A DNA stretch of 27,227 nucleotides from Methanobacteriota archaeon (GTDB lineage: Archaea > JAADCQ01 > Methanopyri > Methanopyrales > Methanopyraceae). The DNA lies in the NCBI GenBank assembly GCA_027064305.1, contig JAMOPY010000049.1, positions 1-27,227 of the forward strand, read 5' to 3'. Positions within the stretch are counted from its first letter, which is position 1, and each line of letters starts with the position of its first letter. The position numbers and the translations under genes were made by a program. The notes under the pieces were generated by a model. The model ran no database searches. It saw only the letters and a list, made by a program, of their open reading frames with translations, and was not told the origin of the DNA. Shown piece after piece: positions 7,949 through 16,153 of this stretch.

Positions 7949-8642
7949 CGCCCCGTCGGTGGTGTCCACGCTCAACGTGGTGTTCGGCTCCATCTCCGTG
8001 CTCGCGTCCCTGTCCGGGTGGCCCGGGCTCTCCTCCCGGATGATCCTGCTCTCCTTCATCGCCGACTCGATCGACGGGTTCGTGGCGCGGAGGAAGCGCA
8101 AGACGTCCGAGTTCGGTAAGCAGCTGGACTCGCTCGCGGACGTGATCTCGTTCGCCGTGGCCCCGGCCTCGCTGCTCCTGGTCGGGAAGATGGCGCCCGC
8201 GCTCGTGGCCTACCCGCTGGCCGTGGTCATGGTGTGCTGCGGGGCCCTCCGCCTGGCCCGCTTTAACGCGATGTGCGCCGAGGGTTACTCCCCGGACGAG
8301 TACTACTTGGGACTGCCGGTGCCCTGGGTGGGCACCGCCACCTCGTGCCTGTACTTCCTGACCACGGACCTGCCCTCGCGGGTCTGGCTGGTGGTCAACC
8401 CGGTGGTGCTGGCGGGCGCGTCGGCGCTCATGGTGTCCACCGTTCGGTTCCCGAGCTTTAAGCGCCCTCACCCGGCGGTGATCACCATCGGTGGCGCCTC
8501 GATGCTGGCCCTCCTGTTCAGTCCCCTGTTCTGCCCGGGCTGGTTAAGGGGGAAGTTGGAGGTGGCCTCCTCCGGAATGATCCTGGGAATTCTCTCGTAC
8601 TACGCGCTGTCGGGGGTGATAGGGTGCGTGCGGCGGTGGTAG
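7905..8642 (+). CDS. pssA: Archaetidylserine synthase (CDP-alcohol phosphatidyltransferase, PssA subclass II)
   Basis: DSIDGFVAR...SEFGKQLDSLADVISFAVAPA, GALRLARFN, YLGLPVP, LMVSTVRFPSFK. Multiple TM helices. Confidence 0.93.
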   Translation: MDERIERWKITSLLNAPSVVSTLNVVFGSISVLASLSGWPGLSSRMILLSFIADSIDGFVARRKRKTSEFGKQLDSLADVISFAVAPASLLLVGKMAPALVAYPLAVVMVCCGALRLARFNAMCAEGYSPDEYYLGLPVPWVGTATSCLYFLTTDLPSRVWLVVNPVVLAGASALMVSTVRFPSFKRPHPAVITIGGASMLALLFSPLFCPGWLRGKLEVASSGMILGILSYYALSGVIGCVRRW

Positions 8643-9721
8643 CGTCGACGGCGGCCCTGGAGATCCCGGAGGAGCGTCGTCACGCCATCGTGGGCGCGCT
8701 GGTGCTGGGCCTGGTCATCCTGGGGTCCGCCGTCGGCGCCTGGTACTTCCTGTACTACCGACCGTACATGGAACAGCTGCAGAAGCTCCGGCAGCAGAAG
8801 CTCGCGGAGCTGAACAGGTACTTCACGGGGCCGCTGGCCACGTCCCCGATGCGGGCGAAGCTGCAGCAGCAGATCCTGTCCGCGGAGACGATAGAGCAGC
8901 TGCAGGCCATCGACGTGGTGGGAGCGGCCACGGTGGAGTGGCAGAAGTACCAGATCTCGCAGATCAAGAGGAACCAGAAGAACGGCCGGGTCGAGCTGAT
9001 CACGCCCCAAGGGCCGCAGCTGATGTCGGTCAAGGACGCGATCGCGAAGGTGAAGTCCATGTCCGCGGACGATCTGATGAAACTGGTGGTCAAGAGGCCG
9101 GAGACCGTGCTGATCGCCGTCTGGGCGGACCCCAACAAGACCGGGGCCATCCGGGTCGGGGACAGGGTCACGCTGTCGACCGTGGACTGGGTGATCAAGG
9201 CGGCGCTGCACAAGCGGGGTGAGACCAAGGTTCCCAGGGAGCTGCTGAAGGGACCGAACCAAATCAGCGGTGGGATCGTGCGGTACATACTGCTGGTCCG
9301 AGGCGGTTTGGCGGGATTTAACACGAAGATCAACCTGGAGTCGGCCGCCAAGGCGGCGGAGCTGTACCGATCCGGCAGCGTCGACATCGCGGCCCGCAAG
9401 ATGGTCGTGCCGGCCGCGGCGCTCGGCCTGGTCGGGAGAGGAGGGGCCGGCGGGGCCGCCGGCGGCGGAGGAACCCTACAGCGGGCTCAGGAACCCCTGG
9501 TCGGCATCGTCGATCTGTCGGATTTCATCAAGGCGATGGCTCTGGCGAAGGCGAAGAGGGGAGGGTACGTCAAGCAGCTCATGTCGCTGGAGCAGCGGGA
9601 GGGGATCCGCGCGTGGGACAAGCTGATCGTGGTCGTGGAGATCCCCAAGGATGCCGTGACTCCGAAGATCCTCATAGCGGCCGCGGTCCGGGGAGGCTTC
9701 TGGATCATGCCGGAGCGGTGA
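8624..9721 (+). CDS. Single-pass membrane protein, DUF515-like
   Basis: N-terminal TM (IVGALVLGLVILGSAVGAWYFLYY), then RPY...KLAELNRYFTGPLA helical segment resembling DUF515 of methanogens/Thermococcales. RBS GGGGGTGA upstream. Confidence 0.65.
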   Translation: MRAAVVASTAALEIPEERRHAIVGALVLGLVILGSAVGAWYFLYYRPYMEQLQKLRQQKLAELNRYFTGPLATSPMRAKLQQQILSAETIEQLQAIDVVGAATVEWQKYQISQIKRNQKNGRVELITPQGPQLMSVKDAIAKVKSMSADDLMKLVVKRPETVLIAVWADPNKTGAIRVGDRVTLSTVDWVIKAALHKRGETKVPRELLKGPNQISGGIVRYILLVRGGLAGFNTKINLESAAKAAELYRSGSVDIAARKMVVPAAALGLVGRGGAGGAAGGGGTLQRAQEPLVGIVDLSDFIKAMALAKAKRGGYVKQLMSLEQREGIRAWDKLIVVVEIPKDAVTPKILIAAAVRGGFWIMPER

Positions 9722-9736
9722 AACCCCTTAAAAAAT
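9720..9736 (+). promoter_or_regulatory. Putative archaeal BRE/TATA promoter for the surface protein-sortase pair
   Basis: GAAACCCC-TTAAAAAA in a 51-bp intergenic gap, TATA-like box at 9728-9735, about 37 bp upstream of TTG 9773, which has a GGGGG RBS. Confidence 0.6.
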
Positions 9737-9772
9737 GAGGCACCAAAACGCTGGACTGGGTCTACGGGGGAA

Positions 9773-10750
9773 TTGAAGTTGCGACACCTGGGATCGATCG
9801 TGCCGGCGCTGGTGGTCGGCGTGGCGGTCCTAGCCGGGGTCTGGGTGGCGGAGGAGTCGGGACAGGTGAAGCTCGGTCAGATGCCCACCGGATCCCCCGC
9901 CGCCGGGGCTCAGGCGGCCGGTAGCGCGGCCTCAGGGGCCGCGAGGACCGCCGCCGGGGCGGCCCAGTCCGTGGGAGCGGGAGGGGCCGGTGCCGGCGGT
10001 GGCGACCCGTTCGTGGTCAGCGAGGCGATCATCAGGGTCCAGGCGGTCGGCAAGGGGGCCAAGAAGGTCAGCAAGGTCGAGGAGATACCCAACTCCAGAG
10101 TGCGGGAGTGCAAGGTGTCGGGTGATCGGGCGGAGGCGGTCATCGAGGCGCACGACGTTCCCATCAGCGGGCTGCCGGTGAGCGTGAACCCGGGATGGCC
10201 GTTCAAGATGAGCGACTGCCGGTACGAGAGGATCGAGGTCACGTTCAAGCTCAAGGCCAACACGGACAACGCCGAGGAAACGGACTTCGCGGGGCTCATC
10301 GCGCTGAGCGATGGTCGGGTGACGTCGGCCGACCCGCGCCCGGACCGCACGGAGGACGGGACCGCGATCTGGAGGGTGGCCATCCGGGACGGCAAGTTCG
10401 TCATCAACGGCCGTGAGGACGGGGAGTTCCCGCGGTTCCGGTACGTGCTGGAGTACGGTCGGGGCGCCGGGGCCGGTGGAGTCGGTGGAACCGGTGGTGC
10501 CGTCGGTGGTGGTCAGGCCGGTGGTGGAGCCGGGGCCGGTGGTCCGGGAGCCGGGGGCGGCGCGGGTGCCCCCGGACCGGGGGCCGGTGCCGGCGGTGGC
10601 GCCGGTGGGGTCAAGATGGTGAGGGGAGGCGCCGGTACCGGGATGCCGGTGGGCAAGTACCGGACCGGTGAGTCGCTGTTCCTGATCACGGCGGCCGTCA
10701 TCGGGGCGCTGGTGGGAGCGTACCTGGTGTACAGGGGCCTCCGGCGGTGA
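9773..10750 (+). CDS. Secreted Gly/Ala-rich cell-surface protein with C-terminal sortase-type sorting signal
   Basis: N-terminal signal/TM, beta-rich central domain of about 145 aa, Gly-rich linker, then KYRTG + hydrophobic segment (SLFLITAAVIGALVGAYLVY) + RGLRR tail. Stop overlaps the sortase start. Confidence 0.75.
   Translation: MKLRHLGSIVPALVVGVAVLAGVWVAEESGQVKLGQMPTGSPAAGAQAAGSAASGAARTAAGAAQSVGAGGAGAGGGDPFVVSEAIIRVQAVGKGAKKVSKVEEIPNSRVRECKVSGDRAEAVIEAHDVPISGLPVSVNPGWPFKMSDCRYERIEVTFKLKANTDNAEETDFAGLIALSDGRVTSADPRPDRTEDGTAIWRVAIRDGKFVINGREDGEFPRFRYVLEYGRGAGAGGVGGTGGAVGGGQAGGGAGAGGPGAGGGAGAPGPGAGAGGGAGGVKMVRGGAGTGMPVGKYRTGESLFLITAAVIGALVGAYLVYRGLRR
10457..10642 (+). repeat. Low-complexity Gly/Ala codon repeat (GGGGCCGGT/GCCGGTGG-type units) encoding a GAGAGG linker
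   Basis: Translated GRGAGAGGVGGTGGAVGGGQAGGGAGAGGPGAGGGAGAPGPGAGAGGGAGG. Imperfect short repeats, no spacers. Confidence 0.8.
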
Positions 10751-11232
10751 GGCTCCGGTACCTGGTCCCGGGGCTGCTGCTTCTGGCCCCATCCACCGTT
10801 TATTTGGGCCAGCTGGCGGCGAGGGAGCTGGCGTATCGGCTGTACCACGGTTCCGTGTCCGTGCCCGGGTGCGAGCTGGTTATCCCGAAGCTGCACCTGC
10901 GGGAGCCGATCAACGCGATCTCGCCGGACTATGGGGTGTACTACGATCCGGAGACGCCGGAGCCCGGGGAGCGCGGGATCACGATCCTGTACGGGCACCG
11001 GACGCTGTTCGGGTCCCCGTTCAGGCGGTTAAACGAGCTGGAGCGGGGCGACGAGGTGATCGTGTACTGGTTCGGGCGGAAGTACGTGTACCGGGTGTAC
11101 GGGAAGGAGGTGGTGAGCCCGGACGCGCGGGTGGACCCGTACGGGGTGGGCCGGGACGAGCTCTGGCTGGTCACGTGCGCGCCCTTGTGGTCGTCGAGCG
11201 AGCGGTTGGTGGTGAAGTGCGCCCGGGGTTAG
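10747..11232 (+). CDS. Sortase (class D/E-like)
   Basis: N-terminal hydrophobic anchor, LVIPKL, ILYGHRT...PFRRLNELERGD, YVYRVY, LWLVTC, ERLVV. His/Cys/Arg catalytic triad intact. Confidence 0.92.
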   Translation: MRLRYLVPGLLLLAPSTVYLGQLAARELAYRLYHGSVSVPGCELVIPKLHLREPINAISPDYGVYYDPETPEPGERGITILYGHRTLFGSPFRRLNELERGDEVIVYWFGRKYVYRVYGKEVVSPDARVDPYGVGRDELWLVTCAPLWSSSERLVVKCARG

Positions 11233-13481
11233 GCGGCGTCGCGCAGGATCTTGCGGACGAGGCGCTCGAGGACCTTGTTCCGGTGGGCCTCGGCGAAGGA
11301 GATGGAACCGGCGGTCTCGTGGCCTCCCCCGTCGATGGCGGCCTCCGGGAGCTCCTCCCGCAGCTCCTCGACGATCTCGTTGAGGTTGATGCCCAGGTTC
11401 TCGGTGGCGCGGATCACGGCGAAGTCGGGCCCGTACGCGATGGTAACGACCTTGGCGTCCTCACCCTCTTCCTCCACCTTGAGGTCGTGGACGAGGCCGC
11501 AGGTCTTGCCGGGGCCCGGGTACTCGAACTTGCGGGCGTAGCGCTCGACGTCCACCGTGACGACCTTGATGCCGTTGGACTCGTACTCCTTCACGCCCGA
11601 GAGGGCGGCCTGGAGCTGTCGCTCGCAGGCGCGCTTGTGCTGCTCGTACAGGTTCTCGACGAGCCGGCGGTGTCGGACGTCGTTCCCGGTCGTGCCGAGG
11701 ACGTCGTTCATGAGGTGACGGCCCGGGGTGTGACGGAGCTGGAAGGCCTGGTAGTCCACGCTGGCGGCGATCTTCTGCAGCCATTCGCGGTCGTATCCGG
11801 ACTCCTCCGCGATCTCCAGGTACTGTTCGGCCTCCTTGGACTCGGCGTGGTCGCCGACGCAGGCGACGGCGGGCAGGTGGCGGATGCGGTCCTCGACGTC
11901 CGGGTTGATGAGCCGGGCGATCTCGGTGGCGAGGACGCCGGCCGGGATGTTCTTGCCGTCCCCGTCCGCGGCGTAGGGGTTGACGTGCACGTCCACGTGG
12001 TCGTCGATGGGGAACTTTCGCAGCCCGTCCGCGCTCTCGCCGGTGGGTTCGCCGGGGTAGTGGTGGTCGATGACGATCACGTCGACCCCGTAGGCGCGCA
12101 TCTCCTCGATGGCCGGGACGTCCTCCTCCGTGCAGCCGATGTCCAGGAGGATGAGGAGCGGGACCTGGTGGCCGTAACGGTGGACGTCCTCGAGCGCGTG
12201 GTTGAGGTCCCGGGACGCGTCCTCCATCGTGTAGATGGGGGCCTTGTTCGGGAAGCGCTTGTAGAAGTGGTACTCCGCCTCGGGGTCGGGGTTGTTCTCG
12301 CGGAGGATGGGCAGTATGGCCTCCTCGAGGGCGATGCCCCCGGAGATTCCGTCGGCGTCGGCGTGGTGTCGGATCAGGATGGGGCGGCCCTCGAGCACGG
12401 CCCGCTTGATCATTCTGGCGGCCTCGCGCATCCGCGGCCAGAGCCGCTCCAGGACCTCGCTCTCAACCATCGGGGTGAGGTCCTCGGGCGGCTCGGCCTC
12501 GCGCTCGAGGGCCTCGTCGATCGCGCGCTTGATCTTCACCTTCTCCGTGCCGATGAGCTTCTCCATGTCCAGGATCTCGACCTGCAGCTGGCCGTCGTGG
12601 GTGGTGACCTCGCCGACCACCCGCACGTAGTCGCCCGCCTCGATGTCCGGGTAGGCCCGGATGCCCGGCCCCTCGAAGGCGGCCATCCAGATGCTGCCGG
12701 TCTCGTCGCGGAGGGTGAAGACGGTGGGGCCGGGCGTCTGCTGGACGTGGATGATCTTGCCCTTGAGTAGGACGGTCTCGCCGACCTTGGACTCGTCGAT
12801 GTCGCGCACGTACGTGCGCTCGAGGTCCTTCTCCACGACCTCCTCCTCGTACTTCTCGGGCCGCGGGTCGATCCCCTCGATCGTGAAGTCGATCTCGCCC
12901 TCCTCGGGCCGCACGTCGATGGCCTTCACGACGACCTCCTGGTCGATGGAGAAGTCCTGCGGCTCCTTGTCGCCCATGTCGCGCTTGTGGAGGAGCCCGA
13001 GGGTGCGGTCGTTCAGCTGGATGAACACGCCGTACTTCTCCACGCGGGCGACGCGGCCCTTGTACAGCTCGCCCACCTCGACGTCCTCGTACCCGCAGGC
13101 TGGGGACAGGACCTTGACCTTGGGGCGCTTCTTCCGGCGGATCTCCTTGATCTTCTCCCGGCACTCCTCGCACAGGTCCTCCTCGGCGTTCGGGTCCAGC
13201 TCCTTGCCGCACTCCCGGCAGACGACGATGTGGCCGGTGCCCCCGCACCGGTCGCACTCCTCGTAGACCGGGATCACGCCCTTGCCCTGGCACTTGGGGC
13301 ACGGAACCTCGCGGGACCCGGCCAGGTCGTACCCTTCGATCGCGTGCTGGGAGGCGCCCTTGAAGTGCTCGCTGATGTCCACGTCCTCCACGTAGCCGGT
13401 ACCCTGGCACTCGGGGCACTCGCGCTCTCCGGCCTTGATCTTACCCTTTCCATCGCACTTCGGGCACTTCTTCCTCGGCAA
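11229..13481 (-). CDS. Archaea-specific RecJ-like DHH exonuclease with DnaJ-type Zn fingers, S1 and OB domains (HAN/COG1107-like)
   Basis: Four CxxCxGxG repeats, S1 (VEKYGVFIQL...GLLH), OB fold (QQTPGPTVFTLRDETG), RHHADADG, LLDIG, VIDHH, DHHA1 GGGHETAG. Confidence 0.9.
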   Translation of the reverse strand: MPRKKCPKCDGKGKIKAGERECPECQGTGYVEDVDISEHFKGASQHAIEGYDLAGSREVPCPKCQGKGVIPVYEECDRCGGTGHIVVCRECGKELDPNAEEDLCEECREKIKEIRRKKRPKVKVLSPACGYEDVEVGELYKGRVARVEKYGVFIQLNDRTLGLLHKRDMGDKEPQDFSIDQEVVVKAIDVRPEEGEIDFTIEGIDPRPEKYEEEVVEKDLERTYVRDIDESKVGETVLLKGKIIHVQQTPGPTVFTLRDETGSIWMAAFEGPGIRAYPDIEAGDYVRVVGEVTTHDGQLQVEILDMEKLIGTEKVKIKRAIDEALEREAEPPEDLTPMVESEVLERLWPRMREAARMIKRAVLEGRPILIRHHADADGISGGIALEEAILPILRENNPDPEAEYHFYKRFPNKAPIYTMEDASRDLNHALEDVHRYGHQVPLLILLDIGCTEEDVPAIEEMRAYGVDVIVIDHHYPGEPTGESADGLRKFPIDDHVDVHVNPYAADGDGKNIPAGVLATEIARLINPDVEDRIRHLPAVACVGDHAESKEAEQYLEIAEESGYDREWLQKIAASVDYQAFQLRHTPGRHLMNDVLGTTGNDVRHRRLVENLYEQHKRACERQLQAALSGVKEYESNGIKVVTVDVERYARKFEYPGPGKTCGLVHDLKVEEEGEDAKVVTIAYGPDFAVIRATENLGINLNEIVEELREELPEAAIDGGGHETAGSISFAEAHRNKVLERLVRKILRDAA

Positions 13482-13499
13482 GGAAGGTTCCCCTGAGGA

Positions 13500-14687
13500 T
13501 CATGAGGAGTAGGCGGTGACGACCTTCTCGACGGCCCGGACCACGTCCTCAAGGTCCTCGCGGGAGAGCCCGGGGTGCACGGGGATCGACAGGACGGTAC
13601 GGGCCGCGAGCTCGGAGTTGGGGAGGCTCGCGGTGTGGTACCCGCGCTTGAGGTACACGGGCTGCCGGTGGAGGGGCCTGGGGTAGTGGACGGCGCAGTC
13701 GACGCCCTCCGCCCGGAGGGCCTCCGCGAACTCGTCCCGGGTGCACTCGAGCGCGTCCGGGTCGAGGCGGATGGTGAACTGGTGGTAAACGTGTTTTGCC
13801 CAGGACCGCTCGCGGGGGAGCCGGATCTCGGGCTCTAGGTCGCTCAGCTCCCGGATGTAGAACCGGGCGTTCTTCCGGCGGCGCCGGTTGAGCTCGTCCA
13901 GCCGTTTGAGCTGCTCCAGCCCGATCGCCGCGGCGATGTCGGTCATCCGGTAGTTGTAGCCCAGCTCCACGTGATCGTACCGCTCGCGCTCCCCGTGGGA
14001 GCGGAGCATCGCGGCGGCCTCCGCCAGGTCCTCGTCGTCCGTCGTGATCGCCCCGCCCTCGCCCGTGGTCATGTTCTTCGTCGGGTAGAAGCTGAAGCAG
14101 CCCGCGTCGCCCAGGGCGCCGACCCGGTCCCCGCGGTACTCGGCCCCGTGCGCCTGGGCCGCGTCCTCGATCACGAGGAGGTCGTACTCCTCCGCGAGCT
14201 CGAGGATGGGTCGCATGTCGGCCGGGTGACCGTACAGGTGCACGGGGATCACGGCGACGCGGCGCGGGGTGAGCCGCCGCTCCCGCTCCAGGCTCCGGAG
14301 GAGCTCCTCCAGGGAGGCGGGGTCCAGGCAGTACGTCTCCAGGTCGATGTCGACGAACGCGACCTCGGCCCCGGCGTGCAGGGCGACGTTGGCCGTCGCG
14401 ATAAACGTAAAAGACGGCACGATCACGAGGTCGCCCGCGCCGATTCCGGCCGCTTCCAGCGCCAGCTGAAGGGCGGTCGTGCCCGAGCTCGTGGCCACGC
14501 AGTGCTCCGTCCCCACGTACTCGGCGAAGCGCCGCTCGAACTCCTCCACGCGCGGTCCCTGCGCCAGCTGTCCGGAGCGCAGCACCTCCTCCACGGCCCG
14601 GATCTCCTCGTCGCCGATCACCGGCTGCGCGATCGGGATACGCTCCTCCCGCACCGGCTTACCGCCCTCGATGGCCAGCCTGGACAA
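13500..14687 (-). CDS. DegT/DnrJ/EryC1/StrS PLP-dependent sugar aminotransferase
   Basis: SSGTTAL, PSFTFIAT, PVHLYG, IEDAAQAHGA, FSFYPTKNMTTGEGG, GYNYRM. Start moved to TTG 14687 (MSRLAIEGG), which removes the overlap with rpl35ae. Confidence 0.92.
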   Translation of the reverse strand: MSRLAIEGGKPVREERIPIAQPVIGDEEIRAVEEVLRSGQLAQGPRVEEFERRFAEYVGTEHCVATSSGTTALQLALEAAGIGAGDLVIVPSFTFIATANVALHAGAEVAFVDIDLETYCLDPASLEELLRSLERERRLTPRRVAVIPVHLYGHPADMRPILELAEEYDLLVIEDAAQAHGAEYRGDRVGALGDAGCFSFYPTKNMTTGEGGAITTDDEDLAEAAAMLRSHGERERYDHVELGYNYRMTDIAAAIGLEQLKRLDELNRRRRKNARFYIRELSDLEPEIRLPRERSWAKHVYHQFTIRLDPDALECTRDEFAEALRAEGVDCAVHYPRPLHRQPVYLKRGYHTASLPNSELAARTVLSIPVHPGLSREDLEDVVRAVEKVVTAYSS

Positions 14688-14713
14688 CCCGCGGCCCCCT
14701 GGGGGTTGGCCCG

Positions 14714-14995
14714 ATGTCGGAGGTGAAGGTGAAGCGCGGCGTGATCGTGAACTACCGAATGGGCAGGCACACGCAGGACCCACGGCAGTGCATAATAGAG
14801 TTTCAGGGTGTGGACAGCAAGTCCGAGGCGGCGCGGCTGATCGGCAAGGAGGTGGTCTGGAGGCACCCGGAGACGGGTACGGAGATCCGGGGCAAGATCG
14901 TGGACACGCACGGGAACAACGGGGCCGTGCGGGCCCGGTTCGAGCGCGGCCTGCCGGGCCAGGCCCTCGGGACCGAGGTGGAGCTGCGCGACTAG
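14714..14995 (+). CDS. rpl35ae: 50S ribosomal protein L35Ae (eL33)
   Basis: GVIVNYRMGRHTQ...GVDSKSEAARLIGKEVVW...GKIVDTHGNNGAVRARFERGLPGQALG. Confidence 0.95.
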   Translation: MSEVKVKRGVIVNYRMGRHTQDPRQCIIEFQGVDSKSEAARLIGKEVVWRHPETGTEIRGKIVDTHGNNGAVRARFERGLPGQALGTEVELRD

Positions 14996-15013
14996 GGCGT
15001 CACGGGGCCGGCG

Positions 15014-16153
15014 ATGAGGGTCGAGACGGTCAGGGAGGGCCGGACGCTACTCAAGGTTCCCCGAGTCCGCGGTCAGCCCTCCTCCCGCGACCCCGTGTTC
15101 TACAACCCGCGCATGCGCCTTAGCCGGGACCTCACGGTGGCCTCGGTCGGTCCCGCCAACCCGCGCCTCGTGTGCGACCCGCTCGCGGGCGTGGGGGCCC
15201 GCGGCCTCCGGATCGCGGTGGAGCTCGACCCGGACACGGTCGTGCTCAACGACATCAACGAGCGGGCCGTGGAGCTGATCGAGGAGAACGTCCGGCTGAA
15301 CGGCGTCGAGGACGTCTGCCGGGTCGAGAACCGGGACGCGAACGCGCTGATGTGCGAGGACGAGCTGGCCGGCGCGTTCGACTACGTGGACCTGGACCCG
15401 TTCGGCCCGCCCGTTCCCTTCCTCGACGCGGCCGTTCGCACCCTGCGGAACCGGGGCCTGATCGGGGTCTCCGCGACGGACGTCTCCGCCCTCGCTGGTC
15501 GCTACCCGCGGGCGGCGCGCCGTAAGTACTGGGTGGAGGTGGAGCGGGTCGAGTTCTACCAGGAGGTGGCCATCCGGGCCCTGCTCTCGTACGTGGTGAG
15601 GACGTGCGCGAAGTACGACCTGGCGTTCGAGCCCCTCGTCGCGTTCTTCCAGCGTCATCACGTGCGCGTGGTGGGCCGGGTGCGGCGCGGGGCGAGGCGC
15701 GCGGACAGGGCGCTGAGGCGGCTGGGGCACGTGGGGCACTGCCGGAAGTGCGGGTTCACGGCCGTGGTCGAGCCGGGCGAGGACGAGTGCCCGGAGTGCG
15801 GGGAGGGGCTCACCGTCCTGGGCCCGCTCTGGTTGGAGGACTTCGTCGATCGCGCGTGGGCCCGCCGGGCGGCGGAGGTGGCGGGGCGTCTGGGGCTCGA
15901 GCGGGCTCGTGAGCTGCTGGAGCGGTTGGCCGAGGAGGTAGGGCTGCTTCCCTGGAGCTACGACGTGCACCGGTGGGCGTCGCGGTTGGGGCTGCCCCGG
16001 GTCCCGCGGCTGAAAGATGTATTGGAGGGGCTGCGGGAGAGGGGGCGTCGGGCCCTGAGGCCGCACTACTCCCGGCGGTCCGTGGTCAAGACGGACGCCG
16101 ATCCGGGGGAGTTCCGCGAGGTGCTGCGCGAGCTGGGGGAGGGAGCATGCTGA
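15014..16153 (+). CDS. trm1: tRNA (guanine-26-N2)-dimethyltransferase
   Basis: PVFYNPRMRLSRD, DPLAGVGARGLR, LNDIN, YVDLDPFG, VSATD, CxxC...CPECG Zn finger, GPLW, VKTDA. Confidence 0.94.
   Translation: MRVETVREGRTLLKVPRVRGQPSSRDPVFYNPRMRLSRDLTVASVGPANPRLVCDPLAGVGARGLRIAVELDPDTVVLNDINERAVELIEENVRLNGVEDVCRVENRDANALMCEDELAGAFDYVDLDPFGPPVPFLDAAVRTLRNRGLIGVSATDVSALAGRYPRAARRKYWVEVERVEFYQEVAIRALLSYVVRTCAKYDLAFEPLVAFFQRHHVRVVGRVRRGARRADRALRRLGHVGHCRKCGFTAVVEPGEDECPECGEGLTVLGPLWLEDFVDRAWARRAAEVAGRLGLERARELLERLAEEVGLLPWSYDVHRWASRLGLPRVPRLKDVLEGLRERGRRALRPHYSRRSVVKTDADPGEFREVLRELGEGAC

Noticed and set aside
10457-10642. Repetitive GC-rich tract as a CRISPR array or mobile repeat
   Set aside because: No constant repeat with unique spacers. 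It is in-frame Gly/Ala low-complexity coding sequence.
10869-12770. 633-aa plus-strand ORF, and other long alternative ORFs such as 22974-25085, 16948-18732, 6674-8101 and 403-1737
   Set aside because: Antisense or off-frame shadows of well-supported genes, expected at high GC3. They show skewed composition and no motifs.
14688-14783. Long N-terminal extensions given by the ORF track for degT (also hps from 15973, trmO from 19891, ttcA-like from 25234)
   Set aside because: They overlap confidently identified neighbouring genes. Family similarity begins at downstream starts.
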